Assembly (NCBI RefSeq): GCF_964188315.1
Contig: NC_135656.1
Location: forward strand, 75,516,001 to 75,580,000
Direction: 5' to 3'
DNA from: Podarcis muralis
Lineage: Eukaryota
DNA: 64,000 bases
Under the pieces are notes generated by a model. The model was not told the DNA's origin. It made no database searches and saw only the letters and a list, made by a program, of their open reading frames with translations. Positions 50,477 through 62,525 of this stretch are shown piece by piece. The position numbers and the translations under genes are program-made. The stretch's first letter is position 1. The number at the start of each line of letters is the position of its first letter.

Positions 50477-52588
50477 GAACTAACTTAGTTGGTCTTTAAG
50501 GTGCTACTGGAAGGAATTTTTTTTGTCTTCCCTGCACTGTTATTGTCATTCACCTCTGGTAACCACCATGCACATTGTTTTATTGTATTACTATCTGCTC
50601 CATTTGGAGCAATATTTACATGAGTGTCAATTAAAAACCCTCCCTTTTCATAGGCTTCTCTGCTTGGGGTTTGGAGTTTGAGGGGGTGTAAAAAAGGGGG
50701 GGACCAGGTAAAAACAGTTAAGTAAAATATGTGGTTTTCAATAAACAGACAAAATAGGTTTGCCGTATGCATGATGTGGAAAGGAAACTATTCACACACT
50801 ATTCAAATAATAATAATAACCCAGGAGTTCTGGAACATTTCAACAAGATAGATGGAATGCATCTGGGAAAATATTACCTATTCTGGCTTTCCATTAAATG
50901 ATGTGAAGCATCAAGTGGAGCCTTTAGTAAAATTACCTAGAAATTAGTGCAGCTACCAAAAAAAAGAGAAAGAAAATCAAATGTTTAACTGCAAAGCAAT
51001 GACTTGAAGTGGACAACACTGCTTGTTGCTAAAATTGATATATTAACTGGATTAATATATCTCACAAGGAGACTGGTGGTACCTTTTGTAGTATACCAAA
51101 ATAAATAGTTGGAAGAATCCTCAGTTGAAGAAACACCTGTTCTATGTCCGGTAAAGATTTTATATATAATATAGGAATAAAACAGGAAATCACAGCAAGA
51201 AAGGCTTAGGAAAGTATTGCAGAAGAAAGCTAAGATACAGCATTAAGAGAGACACCAGCATTTCATACTTTTAACACCCACAGTCGAAGAACAACAGGAT
51301 AAAGACAACATATATTAATTTAAAAGCAGTTTCATTCTCTGTTCCACAAATACTTGGTCCATTTCAACCTTTAATGCCAACTTTGCCTTGTGCCAGACCC
51401 AGGCAGCTGAAACACCGTCTTCGAGAAGAGAAGGAGTGCATGCATTTCTGTGTTGCTTGGCTTCCTTGAAGGCTGCCTTCATTCTCAGCTCCCTGAGTGG
51501 TTTCCTTAGCACTGCTTCAGCAGTTTGGGACGGTGCTGGCAAGGGGAGGTCAAAGGTGCTACAAATGATTAGGTACAGTCCTCAAAGCTTCTTCTCGAGA
51601 GCGGCTAACGCATACATTCTGAAAAGAGAACAAGACAGCAAGCTTTATATACTTCACTCAAACACAATGCTTGCCCTCTGGCCAATTCCTGAACACTTCT
51701 CACTACCTATGGGCTTTCCTTTGCTAGTTCATGGAAATATGGTGAAATTAAGGCTGTAATCCTATGCACATTTACTTTAGCATAAGACCCACTGACATCA
51801 GTGAAGCCTCGCTTCCCAGAAAATATGCAGAGTTGGGTTGGATAAAATCACAACATTTTGTCTTATCTGGTTCCTCTATATATTCATGCATTGTAACAAG
51901 TTTCATCATTCCGGAATACATTTCTCAATATGCATCAGTCTTCAGTTCCATTGTTCTGAACACCAGCTTATCAGAAACTCAAAGAGATCCCAATGTGGGT
52001 TTAGTTGCACTTTGAATGCTTGGTCTTAGGCCTCTGGGCCCCTTATGTAGCCCTAGGTAGAAGTCTGGTTTTTTCCAGTGTTCACTGGGAACTACCAACA
52101 TAAGCACATGCTGCTAGCTGATTGGACAACCCAAATGAAGTGTTTTCATTATCACAGTCAATGCAATGACACATGCACAAGTCCAGGAGGGAGAGATCCT
52201 TGAGAATCACAAGTTTGAACCCAGCTACAATGCCTATACACAATACTTTTCCTTCCCTTTAAACCAATAACTGTATTAGGCAACATATTAGGCAACAAGC
52301 TATGTGATACTACCACCTCTCATCACAGATAAGATATGTCATGACACATTGAACACTCAACATACTAGTCTTCAGGCATTCCAGTGATATGTGAAAACAA
52401 CAAGCAAGCAGAGGCAAATTGCTAAGCTCCAGCTCCATCACCCTCCATAAGTTGGGATGTTAAACATCTGAAGCAGACAACCTCCTACAGTCATGGAGGC
52501 TTCCAGTATGATTAAGGACCCAGGAATATAAAGGTTTGAAATTGCTTAAGGAAGCCTCCACAGATACAAGAGGTTGTACATGTTAGAT

Positions 52589-52725
52589 CAGTCTTTCTCA
52601 ACCTTAGGTTTCCAGATGTTGGACTACAACTCCGATCATCTTTAGCTAGTAAGACCAGTGGTCAGGGATGATGGGAGCTGTAGCCCAGCAACATCTTGGT
52701 GACTCAAGTGTTGAGGAAAACAGTG
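52589..52725. mobile_element. Degenerate hAT-type palindromic MITE
   Basis: Core ggactacaactcc...gggatgatgggagctgtag shared with the 29702 and 55870 copies. Confidence 0.7.
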
Positions 52726-52789
52726 GGTGAAGGTTAGTGCACTTCTCCCCACTTGCAAGTTGTTTTTACACACAAGTAGAATGTCTGAA

Positions 52790-53151
52790 GGGACGCGGGT
52801 GGCGCTGTGGGTAAAACCTCAGTGCCTAGGACTTGCCGATCGTATGGTCGGCGGTTTGAATCCCCGCTGCGGGGTGAGCTCCCGTCTTTCGGTCCCAGCT
52901 CCTGCCCACCTAGCAGTTCGAAAGCACCCCTAAGTGCAAGTAGATAAATAGGTACCGCTTTATAGCGGGAAGGTAAACGGCGTTTCCGTGTGCTGTGCTG
53001 GTGCTGGCTCGCCAGAGCAGCTTCGTCACGCTGGCCACGTGACCCAGAAGTGTCTCCGGACAGCGCTGGCCCCCAGCCTCTTAAGTGAGATGGGTGCACA
53101 ACCCTAGAGTCTGTCAAGACTAGCCCGTATGGGCAGGGGTACCTTTACCTT
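52790..53151 (+). mobile_element. Sauria SINE, full length
   Basis: Highly similar to the 26087 copy; 13-bp TSD TAGAATGTCTGAA at 52777-52789 and 53152-53164. Confidence 0.93.
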
Positions 53152-53410
53152 TAGAATGTCTGAAAAACCAAAACTTACCCCTCAGGGACTCAAAGGCTGC
53201 CAATTGCAAATCTCTATCCTAGAAGCTCAGTCTATCCTAGACCACAGTCATTCTAGCAGCAGCCATTGGATGCAAGTTACTACCTGGTCAAGTTAAACTG
53301 CCCTACATAGTTTTTGTTCAGTCAAAAAAAAGCCATTTATACATAGGCTTTGTTTTCCCACTATAGTGTGCAATGAAATGCACAAATCATTTTCTAGTTG
53401 TGTTCAGATC

Positions 53411-53583
53411 AGGGCTATTGGACAAGGTAGATCCCTTGCATTGTATGCAGAAGATCCCAAGTTCAATCCCTGAGATCTCAGCTAGTGGGCAATGTAAAAC
53501 ACCTCTGCCTGTGACCCTAGAGAGCTACTGCAATACTGGGCTTACATGGACCAAGAGCCTGATCTAATATGCAGCAGCTTCCA
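53411..53583 (+). mobile_element. tRNA-derived SINE (second family), degenerate
   Basis: gtatgcagaagatcccaagttcaatccctg...ccctagagagctactg...gcagcttcc; boundaries approximate. Confidence 0.6.
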
Positions 53584-54427
53584 ACATTCCTTACGCATTT
53601 TCAAACTCCTACTGGAGTTTTCAAAGCTTGTCCTGTCCAACTGCATCCGATACTCAACTCTCCCGCACAATATGAACATTTTGTCCTGTCAATGAGCCAG
53701 ACAGATGTGTACCCAAGGAGCTCTAATGAGTGCCCCAATGATCTTTACCTACCATTAAGCACACCGTCATTTTCTTCTAAAAGCCTGAACCAACTTTTCT
53801 CCACCATCAGAAGTGGTACATCTCCCCAAAAGCGAGATTTCTAGGTAACAGATTTGGGAGCAGTGAACTCATCTCTTTGCAGGATGAAATGAGTCATCCT
53901 ACTCTTCAATGGAAGTACGAAACACAAATGTGTAAGGCACATACCCAAGGCACCCTAATGATTATACCTGCTCCAGTGTAGGTTTGCATGGTTCATGGCA
54001 ACTTTTAAGAAAATTGCTGCTAATATGTTTTCCATTCATCTACACATCAAGTTCTACAAACTGACTACCTGGTGCAGAACAGAGATCAAAGAAGTAGGAA
54101 GAAGACATTCATAAGACACCTGTACAGGTATCAGTTTTCAGCAAGGCCTGCTAGCCACTGGCGGTATAACAGTTGTTATTCTCCTTCTCAGAGACTTCAA
54201 AAAAAATAATGAGCTGTTATTCTACCCTTAAGTGAAATAAATAGGTTTCAGTTAACAAGAATGAACTCAATCTCTTAGAATGAAGACATTAGTAGTATTT
54301 GTACTCTTCAAACACAAAACGTGAGATGAGAACATGCATTCTTATCAAAAGGGCTCTTGATTTAAGCTGCTAGGGTTTCATACATAGCCTGATCTTCCAG
54401 ATCCTCTCCTCCCTTTATTATCTTGGC

Positions 54428-54567
54428 CAGGCATAGGCAAACTCGGCCCTCCGGATGTTTTGGGACTACAACTCCCATTATCCCTAACAGGCTAACAGGA
54501 CCAGTGGTCAGGGATGATAGGAATTGCAGTCCCAAAACATCTGGAGGGCCGAGTTTGCCTATGCCTG
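54428..54567. mobile_element. hAT-type palindromic MITE (related subfamily)
   Basis: TIRs caggcataggcaaactcggccctcc / ggagggccgagtttgcctatgcctg; degenerate 8-bp TSD atcttggc/accttgac. Confidence 0.85.
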
Positions 54568-55419
54568 ACCTTGACTATTACCCAGGAAAGACATGAGATC
54601 CCTAATCAAAGCACTGTAGGGTGTTACAGGTCTTGCATCTGGCCTTTGAGATTGCCATCAGTTAAACATCTTAATGGAATCCAAGATATACAAAGATACA
54701 GAAATCTTAACCAGTCCTGAAGAACAAAAAATCCAGTATCTAAGATCTTTGCATTACAGTTTTCTTTCAGTTCTCAAATGCAAGACCTCCTAGAGATTCA
54801 CAAGGATATGTGCTCCTTTCCCTTACTTTGCCACGAGATATCACCATAATTGTGATATCGATCTTACAAAACTAACACTCCTGGATTTAAGCCACGGGTG
54901 GCTAACCTTTTCTGGCCAAGGGCTGCATTGACCCATGCCCAACGCTGTGAGAAGCATGGTAAAGTGGGCTAAGGCCAAAGAAGGAAATTAATCCCTTTTA
55001 TTATCTTTCCATCTAAAGTCAACCCATTTCTTTCCTTCCCCAATTCATTCTATTTGTATTTTCTTTTATATACTTTTAGCTGATTGTTTTCCCTCAAAGT
55101 CCCACTTCCCCCACTCAAAATTCCCACAAATTCATTTTATTTATTCACTGTGATGCTGATGCCATTGGTTTTCTTTGTTCTGTTGAAGCGGGAAGAGGAG
55201 AGAAATTGCCAAAAACGTTTCAAATAAGAAGCCATCAAACCTCTTAGCTGATGGGTTGGCCACTCCTGATCTAAGCAATGTAACCATCAGCACCACCGAA
55301 GCTGATTCTTCAGCCCCAACCCCCAACATGAAGTTAGTCTAGTGAAAATCGGTTGAACAAAGCCAGTGCCTCTGCTGGGAGAGAGGCTCTTCCTGGGAAC
55401 ATCTCTGGCCCCTATAATA

Positions 55420-55645
55420 CAGTGGTACCTCGGGTTAAGTACTTAATTCGTTCCAGATGTCCGTTCTTAACCTGAAATTGTTCTTAACCTGAAGCACCAC
55501 TTTAGCTAATGGGGCCTCCCGCTGCTGCCGTGCCGCCGGAGCACGATTTCTGTTCTCATCCTGAAGCAAAGTTCTTAACCCGAGGTACTATATCTGGGTT
55601 AGCGGAGTCTGTAACCTGAAGCGTATGTAACCTGAGGTACCACTG
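55420..55645. mobile_element. Tc1/mariner MITE, family A
   Basis: TIRs cagtggtacctc...gaggtaccactg, TA TSD, interior closely similar to the 9773 copy. Confidence 0.85.
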
Positions 55646-55869
55646 TAGTTTTGTTTATATGTGGCAATGCAGAATTCAAGTGACAACCTTTTTCTAATCT
55701 ACCAAACTTGTTTACAAGATGCTTAGAATTTAGATTATGTAAGTTAGCAGCAGCTACACTGCATTAGTTTGGTTTTGTGAATCACCCTGGGAATTATTTG
55801 GCTGGCAGGCAGTATGAAATGATTTATTTATTTTTTAAGTATTGCAGTTTACCATTGTGTGCACTAGAA

Positions 55870-56005
55870 CAGTGTTCCCCAACCTTGGGCCTCCAGCGGT
55901 TTTTGGACTACAACTCCCATCATCCCTCGCTAGCAAGACCAGTGGTCAAGGATGATGGGAATTGTAGTCCAAAAACAGCTGGAGGCCCAAGGTTGGGGAA
56001 CACTG
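55870..56005. mobile_element. hAT-type palindromic MITE
   Basis: Same family as the 29702 copy; 58-bp arms with 3 mismatches; 8-bp TSD CACTAGAA. Confidence 0.9.
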
Positions 56006-56627
56006 CACTAGAATGTTTTCTTCTCAGAACACCCCCCCCCCCCAAGCTGCTTTTGAATCTCGGAGGAGGTAAATTTATGTCAGGGGTTGGGAACTCAGGA
56101 CTCTCCTCAGGCTCCTCTTCCTCCTCAGGCTCCTCCTCTTCCTCCTCAGCAACATACCCTCTCTCCCCAGGCCACACCCCTCAGCAGCCCAACTTTGCAC
56201 CATCTGCAGCCTAGAATGGAGAAGCAACAGGGAAAGGAGTAGTTGTGTATTATTTCTTTCCACAAGTGCCATTTCTTTACTCCATATTGACAGTGGTTCT
56301 ATCCAGAAGTGTTCCAAATGCATGTTTACCCTGGCATTAGTAATGTCTAGTAACTTCATGGGAGTAAGCAATAGCAGTTTGCCTCCATTTGCCAAACCGT
56401 AGAAGAAATATATTTCTATGATTCTACTTTATAAAGAAAACAAATTAAGACTACGAGTCCTCGTCATATAAATTATAAATTAGGGCTTCCACCCAATTAA
56501 AAATACCTTAGTTGACTGATTGAATCTATTAACTAAAATTCATGCCATTTCCAGAAATTGCATCTGAACAGAATAAAAGAGTCCTGACGCAAGAAGCGTA
56601 TTTCCTTTTTTCTTATAAAATGTTTAG

Positions 56628-56633
56628 TTTATT
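56628..56633 (-). terminator. Candidate proximal PFKFB4 poly(A) signal
   Basis: TTTATT on + strand about 790 nt after the PFKFB4 stop. Confidence 0.3.
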
Positions 56634-57420
56634 TATAGCAGGCAACTTCTTAGAAGAGGCATTCCTTCTCATGTGAACAAAAAGAGAAAAGGCCTCTTTT
56701 AAATGGGTGTTTAAAAGAGTCTTAACACCACCTGCAGGTTTTTTAAAAAAAACTAACAATATTTTTAAATTAGCTTTTAAAAATTAGCTGTCAAAAGTAA
56801 TTAGAAGTACAAATTAAACTTTAAATAATCAATTAATCCCATAATAAATTTTGCAGACCTTTTTTTGAAATCACAGAAATACATCTTCCACAAAGTCAGG
56901 GGCAAGAACACTATTTCCCATAAGCTACTATTAAACAGTCATAGAATTCTACGGTTCTATGAATTAGCAGACTATCTACATTGCCGATACTATTCACTAG
57001 CTGCCGAAACTAACTGTAGAAAGACTATTAATTATGCTCCTCTATGTAAAACAATCCAATCACTCAAGAGAAAATAAAAATATTCATTAATAGACAACTG
57101 CCCCATATTATCTCCCAACAGGGTTTGAGTGTTTGATCAAGCCTTAATGGACATAAAACATCAGGTTTAAAATTAGCAATCACCAATTGATCAAGTGTTA
57201 TATCAGAGAAGCCAGTAATCAGGTGGCTCAGCCAATTACTTCCAATCCAGGAGGTAGGGGACAATAAGATTTGATTGTCTGATTTCTAAAAGCCACGAGC
57301 TACACAAAAACTGATATTATCTGTGGATGATTCCAAAGTGATTGGAACGATTGAAATAATTTTAATATAATATGATGAAAAGAAGCACCACACGTTTCAT
57401 AGCTGATCAGGACACGGGCT

Positions 57421-57480
57421 TCACTGGTGAGCAGGGACAGTTACAAGGGCTTCCTCGGGAGGTCTTGAAATGTCTACATT
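57421..57480 (-). CDS. PFKFB4: PFKFB4 last coding exon (NVDISRPPEEALVTVPAHQ*)
   Basis: Minus-strand ...ttattacacag acceptor, phase 0 matching the previous exon; ends in TGA; matches the recalled human PFKFB4 C-terminus. Confidence 0.95.
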   Translation of the reverse strand, partial: NVDISRPPEEALVTVPAHQ

Positions 57481-57876
57481 CTGTGTAATAATAAAAATAC
57501 AGAGGAAAATGTTTATCATGCAACATGGCCGGTCAGCTTTCTTCACAAGTAAACAGCCGAGCTTGTTAAATTAACAAATATAGTCACTTATCTAGAGCAA
57601 TAAAGCTTTTTTAAAAACAGAGACAGCGGAATTGCCTTCTTTATAGACTGCATTTAATAATTCTGTGGACCACAGGCTAAGTGCTGGCAGCTCTCCTCAA
57701 AACACACACACACAGAAACTGCTTATGTTTAGAGTATCTCAACTATATAACTATATTTAAAAGCTTGTGATTCATTACATTATGCATAGCACATTCATAC
57801 TGCAAAAAGCAAGTCTTATCAGCCAGATACCATTAAATAAAAGTGAACAATTGGGAGGGGGTTGGGTGCCAGGAGA

Positions 57877-58036
57877 AGGGCCATAGTTCAGTGGTAGAGC
57901 ATCTCTTGACATCTGCAAGCAGAGCTGGAGAAAAAGCTCCTATCTGAAAACATGGAGTCACTCACTGAATACAGACAATACTGAGCTAGATGGACCAATG
58001 GCTGAGTCAGTATAACACAGCTTCCTACATTCCTAT
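57877..58036 (+). mobile_element. tRNA-derived SINE (second family), internally deleted
   Basis: gggccatagttcagtggtagagcatct...gacaatactgagctagatggaccaatgg...cagcttcctacattccta. Confidence 0.65.
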
Positions 58037-58103
58037 GTGCCCTGGTGCATAGGTTCTACTGGAATCATTTCAGTCATATTGTGACATTAGCCCCTGTATA
58101 TTA

Positions 58104-58252
58104 CTGTATTTTTCCGTGTATAAGACTAGGGTTTTTCCCTTAAAAATAATGTCAAAAATTAGGGGGTGTCTTATCCACGGATACATCTCCCCCCCATCTT
58201 TTTAAATCTGAGTCCCCAAAAATAGGGGGCGTCTTATAGACGGAAAATACAG
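58104..58252. mobile_element. Mariner-type MITE, family D
   Basis: TIRs ctgtatttttccgtgtataagac / gtcttatagacggaaaatacag; TA on the left side. Confidence 0.7.
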
Positions 58253-58544
58253 AGTTCCTACTGTCTAGGATAACATATATTTCCATGTCTTTCAGTCATG
58301 AAGCTATAACTACAGCCCTCAAATTATATGGAGAACTTAGCAATAACTGAGTATCTGGCACAAAATTAGATCAAATCCTGTGACCATTAAGAGACTGCTC
58401 TCTTCTTTAAGTTACTCAGAATAAGTACATGAGCTTTTTTTTAAAAAAAAAAAACTCAGCCAGATGGGCGGGGTATAAATAATAAATTATTATAATGCTT
58501 CTGCTCATTGTGAGGAAGGACAAGATTGGACAACTTCACAGAGG

Positions 58545-58764
58545 AGAGGACTATTGATGGTGGCTAGCCATGATGGCTATTCTCTGCCTCCGCAATTGGA
58601 AGCAGCAAAGCTTCTGAATGACAGTTGTTGGCAAGCACGGGAGGGGAGAGTGATCGAATCCTGCTTGCTGGTCTCCCGCAGGCATTTGGTCAGCCACTGT
58701 GGGAACTGGATACTAGGCGAGATGAGCCATTATCCTGATACAGAAAGCTCTTCTGATGTTCTTA
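58545..58764 (+). mobile_element. CR1 3' UTR fragment
   Basis: tagccatgatggctattctctgcctcc...ggcatttggtcagccactgtg...cttctgatgttctta; same type as the 3' part of the 5640 element and a fragment near 37275-37340. Confidence 0.65.
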
Positions 58765-59119
58765 GAAGAAGCTCTAATGGGCCTTAGAGCCTTGCCCCCT
58801 CAGCCCTGGAAACCATTTCCTTTCATTGGCCCCTTTCAGACTTCTGAAATGTCACAAGTTGTGCCTTCACGTTCTTAAGTTTATCAGCACAGCAGGAACA
58901 GCTGAAGACAGAACTCTAAGGTCAATTCACTGATGAAGCATCATGGGTCTGTGCTAGCACTGCATCATGGTTGTGCCAGTACAACTGCAGCAGCAGTATT
59001 TATGTCTCAGGAGCACAAAATGCTGTGAACTTAGGTACTAGAAACTTCCGAACAAATGGGTTCAGAACAAACTACGGAAGAACAGAACACTATCCGTTGC
59101 CTTCTCAGAACCTTTAAGG

Positions 59120-59232
59120 CAGGGGTTGTCAATGCACTGCCCTCCAGAGGCTGTTGGACTCCAAATCCCATCAGCCCCAGCCAGGACAGCCAATGGTCAG
59201 GGATGATGCAACTTGTAGTCCAACAACATGTC
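59120..59232. mobile_element. Degenerate, partial hAT-type palindromic MITE
   Basis: Core ccctccag...ttggactcc...gggatgatg...tgtagtccaac; boundaries approximate. Confidence 0.6.
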
Positions 59233-62200
59233 AATCTCCCTTGCTTTAGTTTAGGCTTATGCTAGCAGTGCCTGAACCCACCCTGGGAACTCTTCAATTG
59301 TGGATAAAGAAGGAGGAGGAAAAGTTTCCCTTTGGGATAACACTACCTGTGCTCGCCATAACAGTCCTGATTAATGTGAAACAGAAAAACAACAAACATG
59401 GCTGAGAAGCAGAAAGTGGAGCGGGAGAAATGAGGACCAGGCCACCACCTGGATGAGGGCACACTCTCTCTCTTATTCACTCACTAGCCCAAATGAGTAT
59501 CTAATCACAGGAACTGTCTGCTGCGGCTAATGAATATCATCACTACTTTTCACATCTCTCTCCTTTCTCTCCACTGATAACCAAGAAGGCTAAGAGGGGG
59601 AAAATAAGCAGCACATTTTATTTATTCATTTCCTTTAGAACACTTCCTTACTCCTGAATATATAAAAAGACCTTTAAGCAGTCTACAGAAAGGGGGAACC
59701 CTCATATGAAACAGTTAACAGAAATTACTAATAAATATTTACAGACAGCATGTTCACCTTCTACAACACCTCTCAGCCTCCTGGCTCTCATCCATGGCCC
59801 AAACAAACTTTCAGACTAACCCCAAAATAACTCACAACAAAGAGGGTTCCTGGAACGTGCTGGCATTCCCATAGTTCCTTACTCTCGGGCTTGCTTTTAT
59901 GTGCAATCAATCCTATACCTGTTTAGTAAGAAACAGGTGAAACTGTGTTCTATGGGATTTACTCCCAACTATGTGAGTAGGGAACTGCACCCCTGTGTGT
60001 GTACACAGGTTGGCTAGGAATATTGGAAGACATGTATATGGCCGGCTTGTATTCTTATTGTGACAAAACATCGTTAAACCTGCTACCCAAAACTGTGCAG
60101 CTTACAATACCTACTTACTTTCAGTATCCAAACATTGTAAAACAGGAATTTGGCACCCAAGGCTGGCTAAAATTGTAGGCAGCCTTGGAAAAATGTCTTA
60201 GTGGCCGTTTTGATTCATTTGATATCCAGTATCATTTTGCCATAATCAAGAATATGATGGCAAGAACATGGTAAAAAATCTCCCATGAAACATCACTAAA
60301 AATAGAGTTACTGCTCAATCCTAAAGGACAATCTTATCACTGTCAAGAGGATACCTACAGTAACCAAAAGATGTTCATTTACAATGAGCCAGAGACCCTG
60401 CTACCCAAACCTATGAGACACTGAGGAGCTGACAGAAACCAATCCTAAATCTCAAAAATATATTCTAATGTTTTCATCCAGGTTCTGTTCTTCCTGCAGT
60501 TTCACACAATTATGCACCATGAAGCCAGATCAGAACTGAATGCTGGTATTGTGCCGCTGCATCAACCAACCCAAACAAAGAAACACATGGTTGCCTTTCA
60601 AGGACTTGCACATTTGACAGAATGAGTGTTTCTTAAACGCTTCAGCATGTCCAGAAAAGCTTCTCTCTCACCTTTTTATTCACACACAGTTTAAATAGAA
60701 GCCGTTAACAGCTGCCTACCAACCAAGTGGCCATGGATGAGTCATTTGCGAAACACTCCTTGATCAAAAGAGTAAGGCAACACTGTTAAAGCTGCTAAAA
60801 ACACAAAGCATTCAGATCCAACAGAGCGACTTAACGCAATGAAAATACTGTCTTGAGTTAAGCAAACAATTGGGTGGCAGCACAACTGCAGCACAATGCC
60901 TAACTGTGGCCGTTTTTAGGGCTTTCATTGAACAGCTTGCTGTCTGCTCTGCATCACTGCTCACCATAACATCACCTGAATACAAGGCTACAGACTGTCA
61001 CAATTGAGGCACTGTTATTTCCCCAAAGTGGAGTCGTATAATTAGCTGCCAAATTCACTCAGATGACATACGCTGTATTATGAAAGCACTGTGCAGTTAA
61101 AGAGTGTCATAATGTTGTCATGAAGGAGAGAAGATTCCATGAAACGCAAGTGAAGCAGGCATGAAGATGATGAGTTGTCAGAGAATAAAACAATTTCCTT
61201 TGTTTTGCAGAGCATTTACCTGAAGTTCCAAAATCCACTACAAGCTCCATTTAAAAAAATGCTCAAATTAAATGACTGTTGTATGCGCCACTGCACATGA
61301 CCTCTTCTTCTATTTCTCCTCAAGTGATGCCAATAAGTCAGAGACCATGTGCAGAAGGTGATGACATCACAGAAAATAGGTAGATCATGAAGATCTGGTC
61401 ATTTTCTAGCATCACAAAGGAGCAAACATAGCACATTTCCCTCTATTTTTAATGGTATATAATTAGGCATTTGTGTGCTAATTCGCTAGTAGAAATAATG
61501 ACATGTTTGGGAGCTTCCAATCCTATCATGACCCCAGGCCATTCAAACCAATGACACTATACTAGCTCACTTTGGTTACTGTTTCTCAAGGGACTTATTA
61601 AAAAACTTCCAGAATAATTACCATTGGTTCAGTCTACATAAATATATATTGCAATGCATTATACATAGCCCTTGATTTTTATTCTAATGTTCACCAAACC
61701 CACACATGTAAGAGCAATAAGATATAAGAGGCCCGACTTCGTATTTGAGCAGGCCATTTATCCTGTGCAGGTTATACTTTTGTTTGACCTCATAACTTGG
61801 GCTAAAAATATGCACCATTTTGTCATACTTGAATCCAATAACATCAACAGGCATGACCAGCACATTATTTTTTTCCTGACTCAGGAGCGGCAAGGGTTTC
61901 ACCAGCAATATATCACCAAGATGAAGGCACCATCGCGCTCTGGCCCTCAAAACAGTCCTGGCCAATGTATTGATTCATCACCCAGGCCTAGTGCATACAT
62001 GAGAGACGGGGGTGGGGGGGTAGGATACATGGCTCTCTTGACTGGCAAATCATGTAGACACCTCCCCACGCAGCTAGCAGCCTCTTATTAAGTACAGTCA
62101 TCCCAACTTTCAGCATGCCAGAGAATTCAGTGGGAGGCTTCCTTCTAAAATGAAGAGCAAAGCGTAAAGTCAAAATCAAACAAAACAAAAGTACGAAGAA

Positions 62201-62440
62201 AATTGGTCCGAGCTCTGCTTCACACCCACACAGGCAGCTAGCCACGGAGAAGCACCCACACAATTTGGGTATCTGGCATTAACGAGGCTGCTTCAATCAT
62301 GTGTGAAAATAGGATGGCCTAAATAAGGCATAATGCAAGAAAAAGGGTAGGGAAAAGAAGAAGGGGCTGCAACAAAGGTTGCGGTAACATGCCTGCAGGG
62401 CATTAAATATGAGAGAATAGCAGCATACTTTGTCACATTA

Positions 62441-62525
62441 TAATATAATATAATATAATATAATATAATATAATATAATATAATATAATATAATATAATA
62501 TAATATAATATAATATAATATAATA
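62441..62525. repeat. (TAATA)17 pentanucleotide microsatellite in the last PFKFB4 intron
   Basis: Read directly from sequence; explains the low-complexity YYIIL ORF at 62293..62547. Confidence 0.95.

Larger units (their letters stand above)
50298..50526. mobile_element. Penelope-like retroelement fragment in inverted (palindromic) arrangement
   Basis: 12-bp direct flanking repeat CTTCCCTGCACT at 50286-50297 and 50527-50538; perfect 87-bp inverted arms 50342-50428 and 50434-50520; contains a hammerhead motif typical of PLE terminal repeats. Family assignment is by resemblance, not by search. Confidence 0.8.

Noticed and set aside
51315-51759. ORFs that might be exons of TKT or another neighbour gene
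   Set aside because: No resemblance to transketolase or to other proteins I recognise, and no convincing splice sites.
55920-56177. Acidic poly-Glu ORF (EEEEEPEEEEEP)
   Set aside because: Translation of a short (CCT)-rich tandem repeat adjoining MITE remnants, lying past the PFKFB4 stop codon.
60119-60295. Possible 177-nt PFKFB4 poison cassette exon (minus strand) starting with an in-frame TGA and ending at a strong gtaagt donor
   Set aside because: The acceptor has a short pyrimidine tract with competing AGs about 16 and 26 nt upstream; no other support.
61220-61237. Possible 18-nt in-frame PFKFB4 microexon (WILELQ) with a CAG|gtaaat donor
   Set aside because: The acceptor is poor (purine-rich, with an AG 8 nt upstream); probably chance.
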